Below are positions 9,739-19,834 of a stretch of DNA of 64,000 nt, one piece after another; within the stretch, counting starts at the first letter, position 1; every line of letters starts with the position of its first letter. The stretch comes from Gemmatimonadota bacterium (GTDB lineage Bacteria > Latescibacterota > UBA2968 > UBA8231), in NCBI GenBank assembly GCA_038128265.1, contig JAYPJE010000018.1:12555-76554 (forward strand). The letters run 5' to 3'. Under the pieces are notes generated by a model. That model was given only the letters and a program-made list of their open reading frames with translations, was not told the DNA's origin and made no database searches. The translations under genes were made by a program, and so were the position numbers.

Positions 9739-10592
9739 GCCGCCTCGACACCTCGGCGCGCACGCGCTTTATCGCACTCGGCCTAGTCGGCTTCCTGCTC
9801 GCCCTGCCCTTTGTGTGGATGACCGGTGCTTCGCTCAAGTCGCGCGCCGAGATCGAGGCCGGCGGCGTGCATATCGTGCCCGAAGAAGTGCATGCGCAAA
9901 ACTATCCCGTGCTCTTTGGCCAAGCACCCGAGCCGGTCACCGGACAAAAGTTAGAGCTCAAATTCGGCCGCTGGTTTTTTAACAGCCTGTTTATTGCCTT
10001 TTCCAATACGCTGATCCAGGTGCTAACCTCTGCGCTGGCCGCCTTTGCCTTTGCCCGGCTCGAGTGGCGCGGACGCGACGGCGTTTTTCTGCTCTACCTG
10101 GCTACGATGATGATTCCCGGCCTGACGCTGATGATTCCCAACTTTCAAATCATGGTCTGGCTCGGCTTTCTCAATAGCTACCACGGCCTCATTATTCCCG
10201 CGTCGTTCAGCGCCTTCGGCACGTTCTTGCTCCGCCAGTTTATGCTCGGCATTCCCCGCGCCCTCGACGAAGCAGCGCACATCGACGGCGCCAGCAAGTG
10301 GACGGTCTTCACCGACGTGACGCTGCCGCTGGCCCGGCCCGGCCTGATCGCCCTAGCCCTGATTACATTTATCTTTCAGTACCAGCAGTTTTTCTGGCCG
10401 CTGATCATGCTCAACGACCAGCAGTACTACCCTCTGCCGGTCGGCTTATTAGAGCTCGATTCGACCTACGGCCAACAAACCGAACTCATCATGGCAGCGG
10501 CCACAATTACCGTGACTCCGCTCATCGTGCTCTTTGTGGTGTTTCAAAAATTCCTCGTCCGCGGCATACAGCTGGGCGGCGTGAAAGGCTAG
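9735..10592 (+). CDS. Carbohydrate ABC transporter permease (MalG/UgpE-like)
   Basis: GTGA overlap; FNSLFIA, AAFAFARL, FLLRQF, EAAHIDGAS, PLPVGL, FQKFLVRGI..GGVKG. Confidence 0.92.
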   Translation: MSRLDTSARTRFIALGLVGFLLALPFVWMTGASLKSRAEIEAGGVHIVPEEVHAQNYPVLFGQAPEPVTGQKLELKFGRWFFNSLFIAFSNTLIQVLTSALAAFAFARLEWRGRDGVFLLYLATMMIPGLTLMIPNFQIMVWLGFLNSYHGLIIPASFSAFGTFLLRQFMLGIPRALDEAAHIDGASKWTVFTDVTLPLARPGLIALALITFIFQYQQFFWPLIMLNDQQYYPLPVGLLELDSTYGQQTELIMAAATITVTPLIVLFVVFQKFLVRGIQLGGVKG

Positions 10593-10596
10593 GCGC

Positions 10597-11997
10597 GTGA
10601 AGTACGTATTTGCCGCTCTCATTGCCCTCTTTGTCGCCCTGTATGCCTACGCCGTTGCCACCCTAGAGCGCACGGGCGACCCCAACAAGACGCAGGTAAT
10701 CTGGGCCAGCGATCCCAACCCAGCGCGCAGCAAGCAGATCGGTATTTTCTCCGAGCTGAATCCCCAGCTAGAAGGCATGGTAGAAAAGCTCGACGGCACG
10801 AAAATCATTGTGCGCTGCGCCACGGGTACCGGCCCCGACGTAGTCGATATTTACGACGTATTTGAGTTAGCCACCTACGCCGAGGCGGGCATTTTGCTCG
10901 ACCTGACTCCCTTTGCCGACAGTTTGGGTTTTGGTCTCGACAACACCTATAGCTCACTGCGGGAAGGCCTCAGCTACGAGGGCAGGCAGTACCGTTTTCC
11001 GTGCAACGTGCACGCCAACGCCATCGTCTACAACAAGAAGGTGCTGGAAGACCACGACGCCCCCCTGCCGCAGCCAGACTGGACGTGGGACGACTTTGTC
11101 GAAAGCGCGCTGGCCGTGCGCAATAACCCATCCCGCAGCGGCGACGAGCACATCCCGCTGGCTAATTGGAACAGCGAGTGGATTTATCGCGACCTATTGG
11201 TCGGCCATGGGGGTGCGCTCTTTACGCCGGATGGACTGCGCTCTCTGCTGGGCGAAGAGGAGGCAATGCAGGCGATGGAGCGCTTTCGCGATATGGCGCT
11301 CACGCACGATATCATGCCCACCTCGGCCGAGGCGCGCTCGCTCTCTTCTCAGGGCGGCTGGGGCTCGGGCGGCATCGCCTGGTTTTTCAACCAGCAGGCT
11401 GCCTATCTGCACATAGGGCGCTGGGCCATCGTGCAAATACCCGTCTACCTGCAGCGCAATCCCGACCTAGTAGAAAACATCGGCGCAGCCCGTTTGCCGC
11501 GCGTGCCCGGTCACCCCTCGCGCGGCATTGTCGGCACGCGCGCCGCCGGCATCAACGCCAAGACAAAAAATCCGCACGCAGCGATGCGCTTTTTGCAGTA
11601 TTTGGCCGGACGCGAGTACAGTGCGCTCATCGTCGAAGACGGCGATGGTCTGCCGCCCAATCCAGGCATGGCAAACGCCGGCGGCGATTTAGCCAACCAG
11701 ATTGTTCCCGATCCAGCTTTTCACCAGCCTTTTATCGATGCGGTTAGAGAGGGGGTAACGCTGCGCATGAGCCCGTTTATCGAAGCACAAATCGTGCGAC
11801 GCTGGATGTTAGAAGCCGTCGAGCAGGTGGAAAATGGCGCCGAGCCGCGCGCGGCCATCGCCCGCGTAGCCGACGAGGTAGACGAGCGCATACGGCAGAA
11901 TTTGCAGCGCCGGCCCATGTTGCAGGAAAAGTTTGAGCAGGTGACGGGCCGGCCCTACAGCGCCGATTGGTGGAAGGAAGAGGTCGCGGCCAAATAG
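10597..11997 (+). CDS. Sugar ABC transporter substrate-binding protein (SBP_bac_1/8-like)
   Basis: N-terminal hydrophobic anchor; PDVV, LLDLTP, YNKK, WTWDDF motifs; follows two permeases. Confidence 0.85.
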   Translation: MKYVFAALIALFVALYAYAVATLERTGDPNKTQVIWASDPNPARSKQIGIFSELNPQLEGMVEKLDGTKIIVRCATGTGPDVVDIYDVFELATYAEAGILLDLTPFADSLGFGLDNTYSSLREGLSYEGRQYRFPCNVHANAIVYNKKVLEDHDAPLPQPDWTWDDFVESALAVRNNPSRSGDEHIPLANWNSEWIYRDLLVGHGGALFTPDGLRSLLGEEEAMQAMERFRDMALTHDIMPTSAEARSLSSQGGWGSGGIAWFFNQQAAYLHIGRWAIVQIPVYLQRNPDLVENIGAARLPRVPGHPSRGIVGTRAAGINAKTKNPHAAMRFLQYLAGREYSALIVEDGDGLPPNPGMANAGGDLANQIVPDPAFHQPFIDAVREGVTLRMSPFIEAQIVRRWMLEAVEQVENGAEPRAAIARVADEVDERIRQNLQRRPMLQEKFEQVTGRPYSADWWKEEVAAK

Positions 11998-12073
11998 GAG
12001 GGCGCGCACGGCCCGGAACTCTTTGCCGTTCTGTAAATTGATCAACTGGAGAAAAGAAGGCGAAACACTGTGG

Positions 12074-12511
12074 TTAGTTGGCCAGAGCGATCATAATCAC
12101 GCCCGCCGTGATTAGCACCGCACCTAGGCCGACTTTCCAGGAAAAACTTTCGCCCAGCACGACAAAGGAGATGATCAGCACCAGCACGACGCTGAGCTTG
12201 TCGATGGGCGCCACGCGGGAGGCCGGTCCAAGCTGCAGCGCCTTGTAATAGCACAGCCACGACAGTCCGGTAGTGATGCCGGAAAGCACCAGAAACGTCA
12301 GCGCCCTCAATGGGAGCTGATCGATGCGCATCCACTGCTCTTTGAAGGTCACGAAAAGCGCGGTGACGCCCAAGATGACCACGGTGCGGATAAAGGTGGC
12401 CAGATCGGAGTGGATTTTCTCGACGCCGATCTTGCCGAGTATAGTAGTCAGCGCGGCAAAGACCGCCGCGCCCAACGCGTAGAACAGCCAGGAACCGTAA
12501 AAGCCCGACAT
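12074..12511 (-). CDS. EamA/DMT family membrane protein (single domain)
   Basis: FAALTTILGKIG, GLSWLCYYKAL..G.AS.VAPIDKLS, LGE; ~5 TM segments; GGAGG RBS. Confidence 0.88.
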   Translation of the reverse strand: MSGFYGSWLFYALGAAVFAALTTILGKIGVEKIHSDLATFIRTVVILGVTALFVTFKEQWMRIDQLPLRALTFLVLSGITTGLSWLCYYKALQLGPASRVAPIDKLSVVLVLIISFVVLGESFSWKVGLGAVLITAGVIMIALAN

Positions 12512-12537
12512 GAGACGGCCCTCCGGGTAATGGCGCG

Positions 12538-13074
12538 CTAGTCCAGCGCGCCGGCCAGTTTGATCAGCGCGTCGGCCAACTGATCGATGCGCTCTTTAAT
12601 TTCCTCGCTCTCCACGCACATATCGGGCTGGCGATCGTTGGCAAAGTCGCCGCCCGTAGCGTAGACAAAGCGCGGCACGATAAGGCAGCGAAAGTCGAGC
12701 ATTAAGCTATTGGCCAGCCCCATAATCGACATATAGCTGGAGCGCCCACCTGCCGCACAGAGAAAGCCCACGGGCTTGTCTGACCAGGCGCGGCCCGTCA
12801 GATCGACAACATTTTTGACGGCGGCGTTGGTATCGTAGACGTAAATCGGCGCGGCCACTGCAATGCCATCGGCTGCCCGCAAACGCTCGGTCAGCGCCAG
12901 CACGTCCGCCGTTTTGCAATCCCCGGTGCCCGTATGCAGCGGCAGGTCGTGCGCGCGCAGGTCGATCAGGTCGGTATCGACACCGCGAGAGCGCACGGCT
13001 TCTTCAACATGCCGCGCCAATATATAGGAGCGGCTCTGGGGATGCAGCGAACCACTTATTATTGCAATATTCAT
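12538..13074 (-). CDS. NAD(P)H-dependent FMN reductase (flavodoxin-like)
   Basis: Start MNIAIISGSL after AGGAG; ADG…PIY…KN..D, KPVG motifs. Confidence 0.85.
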   Translation of the reverse strand: MNIAIISGSLHPQSRSYILARHVEEAVRSRGVDTDLIDLRAHDLPLHTGTGDCKTADVLALTERLRAADGIAVAAPIYVYDTNAAVKNVVDLTGRAWSDKPVGFLCAAGGRSSYMSIMGLANSLMLDFRCLIVPRFVYATGGDFANDRQPDMCVESEEIKERIDQLADALIKLAGALD

Positions 13075-13262
13075 AGCTCTCCTAAATGCGCCCACAATTT
13101 GCAAAGGCCGTGCTAACCCATTAGCTGCGCAGCGTGCACCGAGGTAAAAGCCGGACTGCACGCGTCGTAAAATTGCCAAGAAAGGTGGGCCGCATCAAGG
13201 TGGACGCCACCCGCATAATTTCCTAAGCTCTATGGCCAAACTCATCAAAGGGGACGGTTGGC

Positions 13263-14417
13263 ATGACATACGATGTGCTGTTAAAAGGCGGACGCGTCAT
13301 CGATCCTAAAAACGGCGTTGATGCGCTGGCCAACGTGGCGGTAAAAGACGGTAAAATTGCCGCTGTCGGCAGCGAAGTGGACGGCGAAGCGACCAAGACG
13401 CTCGACGTGACGGGATACTACGTAACGCCAGGTCTCATAGACATTCACCTGCACGCCTACGGTCGATTTTTTGCCTGGCTACACCCCGACCAACAGTGCC
13501 TGCCCTACGGGGTTACAACCTGCGTCGACACGGGCAGTTCGGGCTGGCAGCACTTTGAGGACTTTGTCAATACGATCATCGCCAAGTCGACCACGCGCGT
13601 GCTGGCCTTTATCAACATCGTCGGCGCGGGTATGGCTGGTGCCTGCGAACAGGACGTGAGCGAGATGGTGCCCGAACCGTGTGCCGATATGATCAAACAG
13701 TACCCCGAGCACGCCGTTGGCTCCAAGTCGGCACACTACTACGGGCCGGGATGGGAAGCGGCGCAGGGCGGCATCGACGCAGCGCGCCTGAGCGACACGA
13801 TCACCATGATCGATTTTGCTCCTATGCCCGAGCGCAGCTACGAAGAGCTGCTCATCGACCGCATGGCACCCGGTGATATCCACACCCATCTCTACGCATC
13901 GCATATCCCGCTGATCGACGAAAATAAACGGGTTAACGACTATGTGCGCGCCGCGCGCGACAAGGGCGTGATATTCGATACGGGCCACGGCGGCGGATCG
14001 TTCTGGTTTCGCATTGCCGTGCCGGCCATGGAGCAAGGTTTTCCACCCGACACCATTAGCACCGACCTGCACACCGGCAGCCGCATGCGTCCCAATGCAA
14101 CCATGGTCTCGACGATGGACAAATTTCTCGCCATGGGCATGCCTTTAAACGAGGTGGTCTACCGCTCAACGCAGCGCCCGGCCGAAGTCATCCGCCGACC
14201 CGAACTCGGCCATATTGGCGTTGGCGCCGAAGCCGATGTCGCCGTGCTAGAAATCGAAGAGGGCCAGTTTGGTCTGGTCGATTCCGGGCGAGCGCGCATG
14301 GGTGCCACGCAGAAAACGTCGTGCCGCGCTACGCTGCGCGCCGGACAGATCGTCTGGGACGAATACGGATTGAGCTGTCCGCGCTGGGAAGAGGCGGGCG
14401 ACTATAAGACGCTGTAG
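13263..14417 (+). CDS. Amidohydrolase/deacetylase family metallohydrolase (dihydroorotase-like)
   Basis: GGRVIDP, PGLIDIHLH (HxH), GVTT.VDTGS, DIHTH, FDTGHG, ISTDLH, GAEADV. Confidence 0.88.
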   Translation: MTYDVLLKGGRVIDPKNGVDALANVAVKDGKIAAVGSEVDGEATKTLDVTGYYVTPGLIDIHLHAYGRFFAWLHPDQQCLPYGVTTCVDTGSSGWQHFEDFVNTIIAKSTTRVLAFINIVGAGMAGACEQDVSEMVPEPCADMIKQYPEHAVGSKSAHYYGPGWEAAQGGIDAARLSDTITMIDFAPMPERSYEELLIDRMAPGDIHTHLYASHIPLIDENKRVNDYVRAARDKGVIFDTGHGGGSFWFRIAVPAMEQGFPPDTISTDLHTGSRMRPNATMVSTMDKFLAMGMPLNEVVYRSTQRPAEVIRRPELGHIGVGAEADVAVLEIEEGQFGLVDSGRARMGATQKTSCRATLRAGQIVWDEYGLSCPRWEEAGDYKTL

Positions 14418-14432
14418 TAGGAAGGCGGAACC

Positions 14433-16010
14433 ATGATGCGGCATCGGCCGCTACTCCAATCGGCTCTGCTGGCACTCGCCCTGAGCGCCGGCTGTGCCCT
14501 TCTACAGCCGAAAAAAATGGATCGAGACGCCGACATTCCTCCCATTGAGCGCGAATTTCGCGCCGTCTGGGTCGCCACCGTCGCCAATATCGACTGGCCC
14601 TCCGAGCCTGGATTGGACGGCGAAGTGCAAAAAGCCGAAGCCATTGCCCTGCTCGACACAGCGGTGCAGATGGGGCTCAACGCCGTCGTATTTCAGGTGC
14701 GCCCTCAGTGCGACGCGCTCTATGCCAGCCGCACCGAACCCTGGTCCTATTTCCTGAGCGGCGAGCAGGGTAAGCCGCCCGAGCCCTACTACGATCCACT
14801 GGCCTTCTGGATTGCCGAGGCGCACGCGCGCGGCATGGAGCTGCACGCGTGGTTCAACCCCTATCGAGCCCACCATCCCCAGGGCGGCCCCGTTGGCCCG
14901 CGCTCGCTGGTCAACAGGCGCTCCGACCTGGCGCTGCAGCTGGGCGACGAGGGCTATTGGTGGCTCGACCCGGGCAAACAGGGCACCCAAGATCACGCCT
15001 ATGCGGTCGTCATGGACGTGCTGCGACGCTACGACGTCGACGGCATTCACTTTGACGATTACTTCTACCCCTATCCCTCCTATAACGACGGGCGCGACTT
15101 TCCCGACGACGAAAGTTGGACGGCCTATCGCCGCGACGGCGGTAAGCTCGGCTTGGGAGACTGGCGGCGCGAAAACGTCAATCGCTTTATAGAGCGACTA
15201 TACGAGGGCATAAAAGGGGAGAAGCCACACGTCAAGTTCGGCCTGAGCCCCTTTGGCATATGGCGGCCGGGCCATCCCGAATCCATTCGCGGTCTCGACC
15301 AATACGACGTGCTCTACGCCGACGCGCGCCTGTGGCTGCAGAAGGGCTGGCTCGACTACCTCTCACCGCAGCTCTACTGGCCCATTCGCCAAGTGCCGCA
15401 GAGCTATCCCATGCTCTTGGCTTGGTGGACCCAGCAAAATGCCAAAGGGCGCCACGTGTGGCCGGGACTCTATGCCAGCGGCATCGAGAATGCGCGCGGC
15501 GCCGACGAAATTGTCAACCAGGTGATGGTCGCGCGCGCGCTGGCACCGACGGGAGCCGGCCACGTGCATTTTAGTATGAAAGCGCTGCGCGAAAATCGCG
15601 GCGGCATCGTCGACTCGCTCATCGCGCAACCCTATGCGCAGACGGCTCTGATACCGCCCTCGCCGTGGCTCGACGACCGCGCTCCGGACGTTCCCTCGCT
15701 CAAGGTGGACGTGCAGGGGGAACAGGTGCGCGTGCAGTGGGCGCACGCCAATGTGGAAGACGTTAACCGCTGGATTGTCTATCAGCGGCGCGGCGCGCGC
15801 TGGGATTACGCGCTCTTTCACCGCAGCGTGCGCGAAACGCTCATTCCCGTGGTCGAACTGAGCGCAGCAGGAGATGACTCGTCCTCGCCACAGGTGCTGG
15901 ACGAAATCGCCATATCGGCGCTCGATCGGCTGGGCAACGAAAGCACCAAGGCACGCAGGGCGCTCGGCGAACTACCCGAAGCAACCGCAGCGTTAGACAA
16001 AGGACCGTAG
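14433..16010 (+). CDS. GHL10 (YddW/DigH-like) glycoside hydrolase lipoprotein
   Basis: Lipobox SAGC; EFRAVWVATVANIDWPS, FQVRP..DALY, HAWFNPYR, YDVDGIHFDDYFYPY, PQLYW; C-terminal Fn3-like segment. Confidence 0.88.
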   Translation: MMRHRPLLQSALLALALSAGCALLQPKKMDRDADIPPIEREFRAVWVATVANIDWPSEPGLDGEVQKAEAIALLDTAVQMGLNAVVFQVRPQCDALYASRTEPWSYFLSGEQGKPPEPYYDPLAFWIAEAHARGMELHAWFNPYRAHHPQGGPVGPRSLVNRRSDLALQLGDEGYWWLDPGKQGTQDHAYAVVMDVLRRYDVDGIHFDDYFYPYPSYNDGRDFPDDESWTAYRRDGGKLGLGDWRRENVNRFIERLYEGIKGEKPHVKFGLSPFGIWRPGHPESIRGLDQYDVLYADARLWLQKGWLDYLSPQLYWPIRQVPQSYPMLLAWWTQQNAKGRHVWPGLYASGIENARGADEIVNQVMVARALAPTGAGHVHFSMKALRENRGGIVDSLIAQPYAQTALIPPSPWLDDRAPDVPSLKVDVQGEQVRVQWAHANVEDVNRWIVYQRRGARWDYALFHRSVRETLIPVVELSAAGDDSSSPQVLDEIAISALDRLGNESTKARRALGELPEATAALDKGP

Positions 16011-17306
16011 CGACTCGGCCAGCCTGCGCTGCACCGCCGCGCAGTTTGGCTGCCCGCTCAGATCAGACTCTTCTGTGGGGTCCTCCAGCAGGTCGTACAG
16101 CGCCGCTTGTGACCGATCCGTCCACTCCACCAATTTGTAGCGCCCATCAAAAGCAACGCGCCAATCTCCAAGCGCCGCATGCACGCACGCACGCGTTGCG
16201 CCGGCCTCGCCTTTGAGCAGCGGCCACAGCGAACGGCTGTCCATAGCGGGCAGCGACTCGGCCTGGCCGGCTTCCAGAAATGTGGCCACTAGGTCGAGAA
16301 TCGTCGCCGGTGCGTCGAGCACCCGGCCGGCCTGCACGCCGGGACCGGCCACCGTTAGCGGCACGCCGATGGAAGGCTGGTGCGGCAACGACTTGCCCCA
16401 GCGATCGTGATCGCCGAGCATTTCGCCGTGGTCGCTGCTAAAGACGACGATCGTGTCGTCAAGCTCGCCGCGCTGATCCAACGCCTCCAGATACGCGCCG
16501 ATCCAACGGTCTATATTTTCCACCATCGCCGCGTAGTTGCGCCGCACTTCGAGCAGCGCATCGGGCGGATCATCGCCGGCAGCGCTGGGCTGGGGAAATT
16601 CGTCTTCGGCATAGAGCGCCTTCATGCGCTCGGTAATATCCCATGGATTGTGCGGTCCGGTAAAGTTAACCTGGAGAAACCACGGTCTGTCGGTGGGCGC
16701 GTCCGCCAGCAAATCGAGTCCATTTTGACCGATCCAATTGTCGCAGTAGGCATCGTCGGGCAGCGGCGTGGCAAAGGACGAAAGCTTGGTGCGGCGGGCA
16801 AAATCATCGACATGTGCTTGGCGCAGACCGCGCTCCTCCAAGAACTGCAAATAGGGCCCCTGCGGTTTTTCGCGTCCGCTATTGGCCCCGTCCATCTTGC
16901 CCTCGTTATTTATACCGGCGCTAAAGCCCCACGCGCTGAGATGGGCTCGACCGTCCAAGCCCCACGCCGGACGACGCGCAATGCAGTCGCCCTTGTTGAG
17001 ATCGAGTTTGCCGCAGGCCATGGTGTGATACCCCGCGTCGCGCAGCCGCGCGTAGAGCGTTGGCTGATCGAGCGGCACATTGTCGCCGTTGCCCTGCACC
17101 GGACAGCGGGGGTACTCGCGCCCCGTTGCCAGAACGGCGCGACAGGGTGCGCATAGCGGAGAAGGGCATATGGCGTTGGTGAAGCGCGTCCCGCGCGCGT
17201 CGAGTGCGTCCAGGTAGGGCGTGCGCAGCGGCAGTGCCGGATTGGCGCCGGTCCAGTCGTGGCGCAGCTGATCGGGAAATAGGAACAGAATATTGGGTTG
17301 TTGCAT
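15993..17306 (-). CDS. Sulfatase (formylglycine-dependent, choline-sulfatase-like)
   Basis: PNILFLFPDQ, SPLCAPCR (CxPxR), GYHT..GK, FSSDHGEMLGDH, LYDL..DP.E; no signal peptide. Confidence 0.9.
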   Translation of the reverse strand: MQQPNILFLFPDQLRHDWTGANPALPLRTPYLDALDARGTRFTNAICPSPLCAPCRAVLATGREYPRCPVQGNGDNVPLDQPTLYARLRDAGYHTMACGKLDLNKGDCIARRPAWGLDGRAHLSAWGFSAGINNEGKMDGANSGREKPQGPYLQFLEERGLRQAHVDDFARRTKLSSFATPLPDDAYCDNWIGQNGLDLLADAPTDRPWFLQVNFTGPHNPWDITERMKALYAEDEFPQPSAAGDDPPDALLEVRRNYAAMVENIDRWIGAYLEALDQRGELDDTIVVFSSDHGEMLGDHDRWGKSLPHQPSIGVPLTVAGPGVQAGRVLDAPATILDLVATFLEAGQAESLPAMDSRSLWPLLKGEAGATRACVHAALGDWRVAFDGRYKLVEWTDRSQAALYDLLEDPTEESDLSGQPNCAAVQRRLAESLRSFV

Positions 17307-17394
17307 TGCGCGTCCGCCTAGTTAGTCTGCGTGCATTGTTTGTTAGCGCGCTAAGATAGGCACTGGAAGCGCGTCGTAAAAATGGAGCGCCCAT

Positions 17395-18117
17395 GTGAAG
17401 AGCAAACCCATTCCAACCCTGCGGCTGATGGCCTATAATATCCGCCACGGAGCCGGCATGGACGGGTGCGTGGATCTGCCGCGCATCGCGTCTGCAATCA
17501 GCCGCTACGCGCCCGAAGTCGTCCTGCTGCAAGAAGTAGACGAGCGCTGCGGGCGCACCGATCGCGTCGACCAAATGCAGGTGCTGGGCCAGCTAACGGA
17601 TATGCACCATTTTTTTGGCGCCTTCCGCGCTTTTGATGGCGGCCGCTATGGCATGGGGGTTCTTTGCAAGGCGCCCCTCGCCGAGCCAGCGCAGTATGGC
17701 TGGGAAAGCGGCGATATCGCGCGCTGCTGGATTGCCGTGCAGGGAACATGGGGCACGGACTGGGACGCAGTCGTCTTTACCGGCATTCATCTCTACACAG
17801 ATCCCGAACTGCGCCTGCAACAGGCGGAGCGGGTGCGCGATCTATTCGCCTCCGCATCGCATCCGATTGTTCTGGCCGGCGACTTCAACTGCGAGCCGGG
17901 CGCACCGGCCGCCGAACTGCTCGATGCGCACTGGCAGCGGGCGACCAAAGAAGGCGACCGATACACCTTTCCCGCCGACGTGCCCACCAAGGAAATCGAT
18001 TTTGTCTTTGCGCGACCGGTACATCGGATCCGCGTGCAGCGCTGCTGGGTAGGGTCAGAGGCCATAGCCTCTGACCACCGACCCGTGCTGGCCGACCTCG
18101 CGCTGCAGCCAGCGTAA
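17395..18117 (+). CDS. Endonuclease/exonuclease/phosphatase family protein
   Basis: AYNIRHG, LQEVD, LAGDFN, IDFVF, SDHRPV. Confidence 0.9.
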   Translation: MKSKPIPTLRLMAYNIRHGAGMDGCVDLPRIASAISRYAPEVVLLQEVDERCGRTDRVDQMQVLGQLTDMHHFFGAFRAFDGGRYGMGVLCKAPLAEPAQYGWESGDIARCWIAVQGTWGTDWDAVVFTGIHLYTDPELRLQQAERVRDLFASASHPIVLAGDFNCEPGAPAAELLDAHWQRATKEGDRYTFPADVPTKEIDFVFARPVHRIRVQRCWVGSEAIASDHRPVLADLALQPA

Positions 18118-18209
18118 GCACATGCCGTCCATTGCATGCTACCGCAACCTCGCACACCGCATCCGGCCTACAGCAGCCGCACGGTGCAGCTAATCTCAAG
18201 GAATCTCCC

Positions 18210-19814
18210 ATGAATAGCGGACAAGTGCTCTACTATCCATCGCAGCTCGATCAGACGCTGCAACCCCTGCCCATATGCGCCAGCGCCCACCGCTCTGTAC
18301 CCATGCCGCTGATTCTCGACCTGAGCCCGGGTGCCATTTCCGACCTGGGGCAGTCGGCGCGGCGCTGCGCTGAGTTCGTGCGCTTTGCCGCAGAAGCCGG
18401 TCACCAAGCCGTTATCGCCAAACCATGCGGTCGCGGTCCTGGCAGCGTCTACCAAGGCCCTGGCGAAGTCGACCTTTTTGAAGCTATTGACTTTATCTGC
18501 GCCCACTTTCCCATCGATCGGCAGCGCATCTGCCTAATGGGCGGTTCCATGGGCGGGGCCGCCACCTGGTATATCGCCTCTCACTATCCCGACCGCTTTG
18601 CCGCCGCTGCGCCCTTTTGCGGCTACTGCGATTACACCCTGTGGACCAAGCCAGGCGGACTCATCATGCGGACCATGCCCTGGGAAGAATACTCCTGGCA
18701 GAGCCGCGGGGCGGCGTACCGCGCCGCCAACCTCTCCAATATGGCTGTGTGGATGACGCACGGCGAATGGGATATCGGCATTGGTGGCGGCGTGCCCATC
18801 GAACACTCGCGGCAGATGGCACGGCGATTTGACCAGCTCGGCATGCCCTATGAATTCACCGTCGTGCCCGAATGCGGACACGGCTGCATGGTCGAAGAGC
18901 AGCTGCGCCGCGTCATTCCATGGCTGTGCCAACAGCGTCTTCCGCAGCACCCAGAACGCGTGCAGCTCGTGGCGCATACGCTGCGCCACAGCCAGTCTTT
19001 TTGGCTGTCGATCGACGCCTTTGAAGCGTATGGCACTCCGGCGCGCGTCGACGCCCACGTTGTCGGCGATACGCTCAGCGTGGTAGCCCAAAACGTCCAC
19101 TCCTTTTCCATCGGTCCAATCCCCGAAAAGCGCGCAGTGCGCATCGATCTGCCCGGCGTCGAGTCCCAGCGCTTTGACTGCTCACAGGTGGCTCATTCGC
19201 TCGTGCGCGATGGCCACGGTTGGAGGGCAGAAGAACAGCCAGCGGCGGGCGCGGGCGTAAAAAGGCGCGCTCAGTCCGGCCCCTTTGCCGACCTGTTCTT
19301 CGCTCCGCTATACATCGTCAAGGGCACGCGCGGCAGCGCCCAGGAAAACTTTTTACAGCAGTGGATGGCAGAAAACATTCCCGGCTATTTCAGGCAGACC
19401 AACGGCGGCGTCCATCGGGGGATTTTCAACGGCGAGAGCTACTACGACATTTCCGTCGTCGACGATGAGGCTCTCTCAGACGAGGCCCTACACGGCGCCA
19501 ACCTGCTGCTGTGGGGCACCGATCGCTCCAACTCGGTGCTGGCCCGATTCATCGACCAACTCCCGCTTTCCTTCGCCCCAGATAGCGTGACGGTGGGCGG
19601 CCAAGCGTTTGCCGGGCAGCACGTCGGCCTGGCCGCGTGCTTTCCCCATCCGCTCAACGCACAGCGCTATATGGCCGTCGTTGGCGGCGTATCGCCCGAG
19701 AGCATTACCAACGCGACCCACCTCAATCTACAGCTGCTGCCAGACTACTTGGTATGGGATGCCGAACAAGTACTAGCGCACGGCCATTTCGACGCGTCGT
19801 GGCGCTGCACGTAA
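18210..19814 (+). CDS. Alpha/beta-hydrolase (prolyl-oligopeptidase/esterase-like) with C-terminal extension
   Basis: ATG after AAGGA; ID..RI.L.GGSMGG nucleophile elbow, HG..D, GHG. Confidence 0.8.
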   Translation: MNSGQVLYYPSQLDQTLQPLPICASAHRSVPMPLILDLSPGAISDLGQSARRCAEFVRFAAEAGHQAVIAKPCGRGPGSVYQGPGEVDLFEAIDFICAHFPIDRQRICLMGGSMGGAATWYIASHYPDRFAAAAPFCGYCDYTLWTKPGGLIMRTMPWEEYSWQSRGAAYRAANLSNMAVWMTHGEWDIGIGGGVPIEHSRQMARRFDQLGMPYEFTVVPECGHGCMVEEQLRRVIPWLCQQRLPQHPERVQLVAHTLRHSQSFWLSIDAFEAYGTPARVDAHVVGDTLSVVAQNVHSFSIGPIPEKRAVRIDLPGVESQRFDCSQVAHSLVRDGHGWRAEEQPAAGAGVKRRAQSGPFADLFFAPLYIVKGTRGSAQENFLQQWMAENIPGYFRQTNGGVHRGIFNGESYYDISVVDDEALSDEALHGANLLLWGTDRSNSVLARFIDQLPLSFAPDSVTVGGQAFAGQHVGLAACFPHPLNAQRYMAVVGGVSPESITNATHLNLQLLPDYLVWDAEQVLAHGHFDASWRCT

Positions 19815-19834
19815 CCTCGAACAGCGATGGCGTA

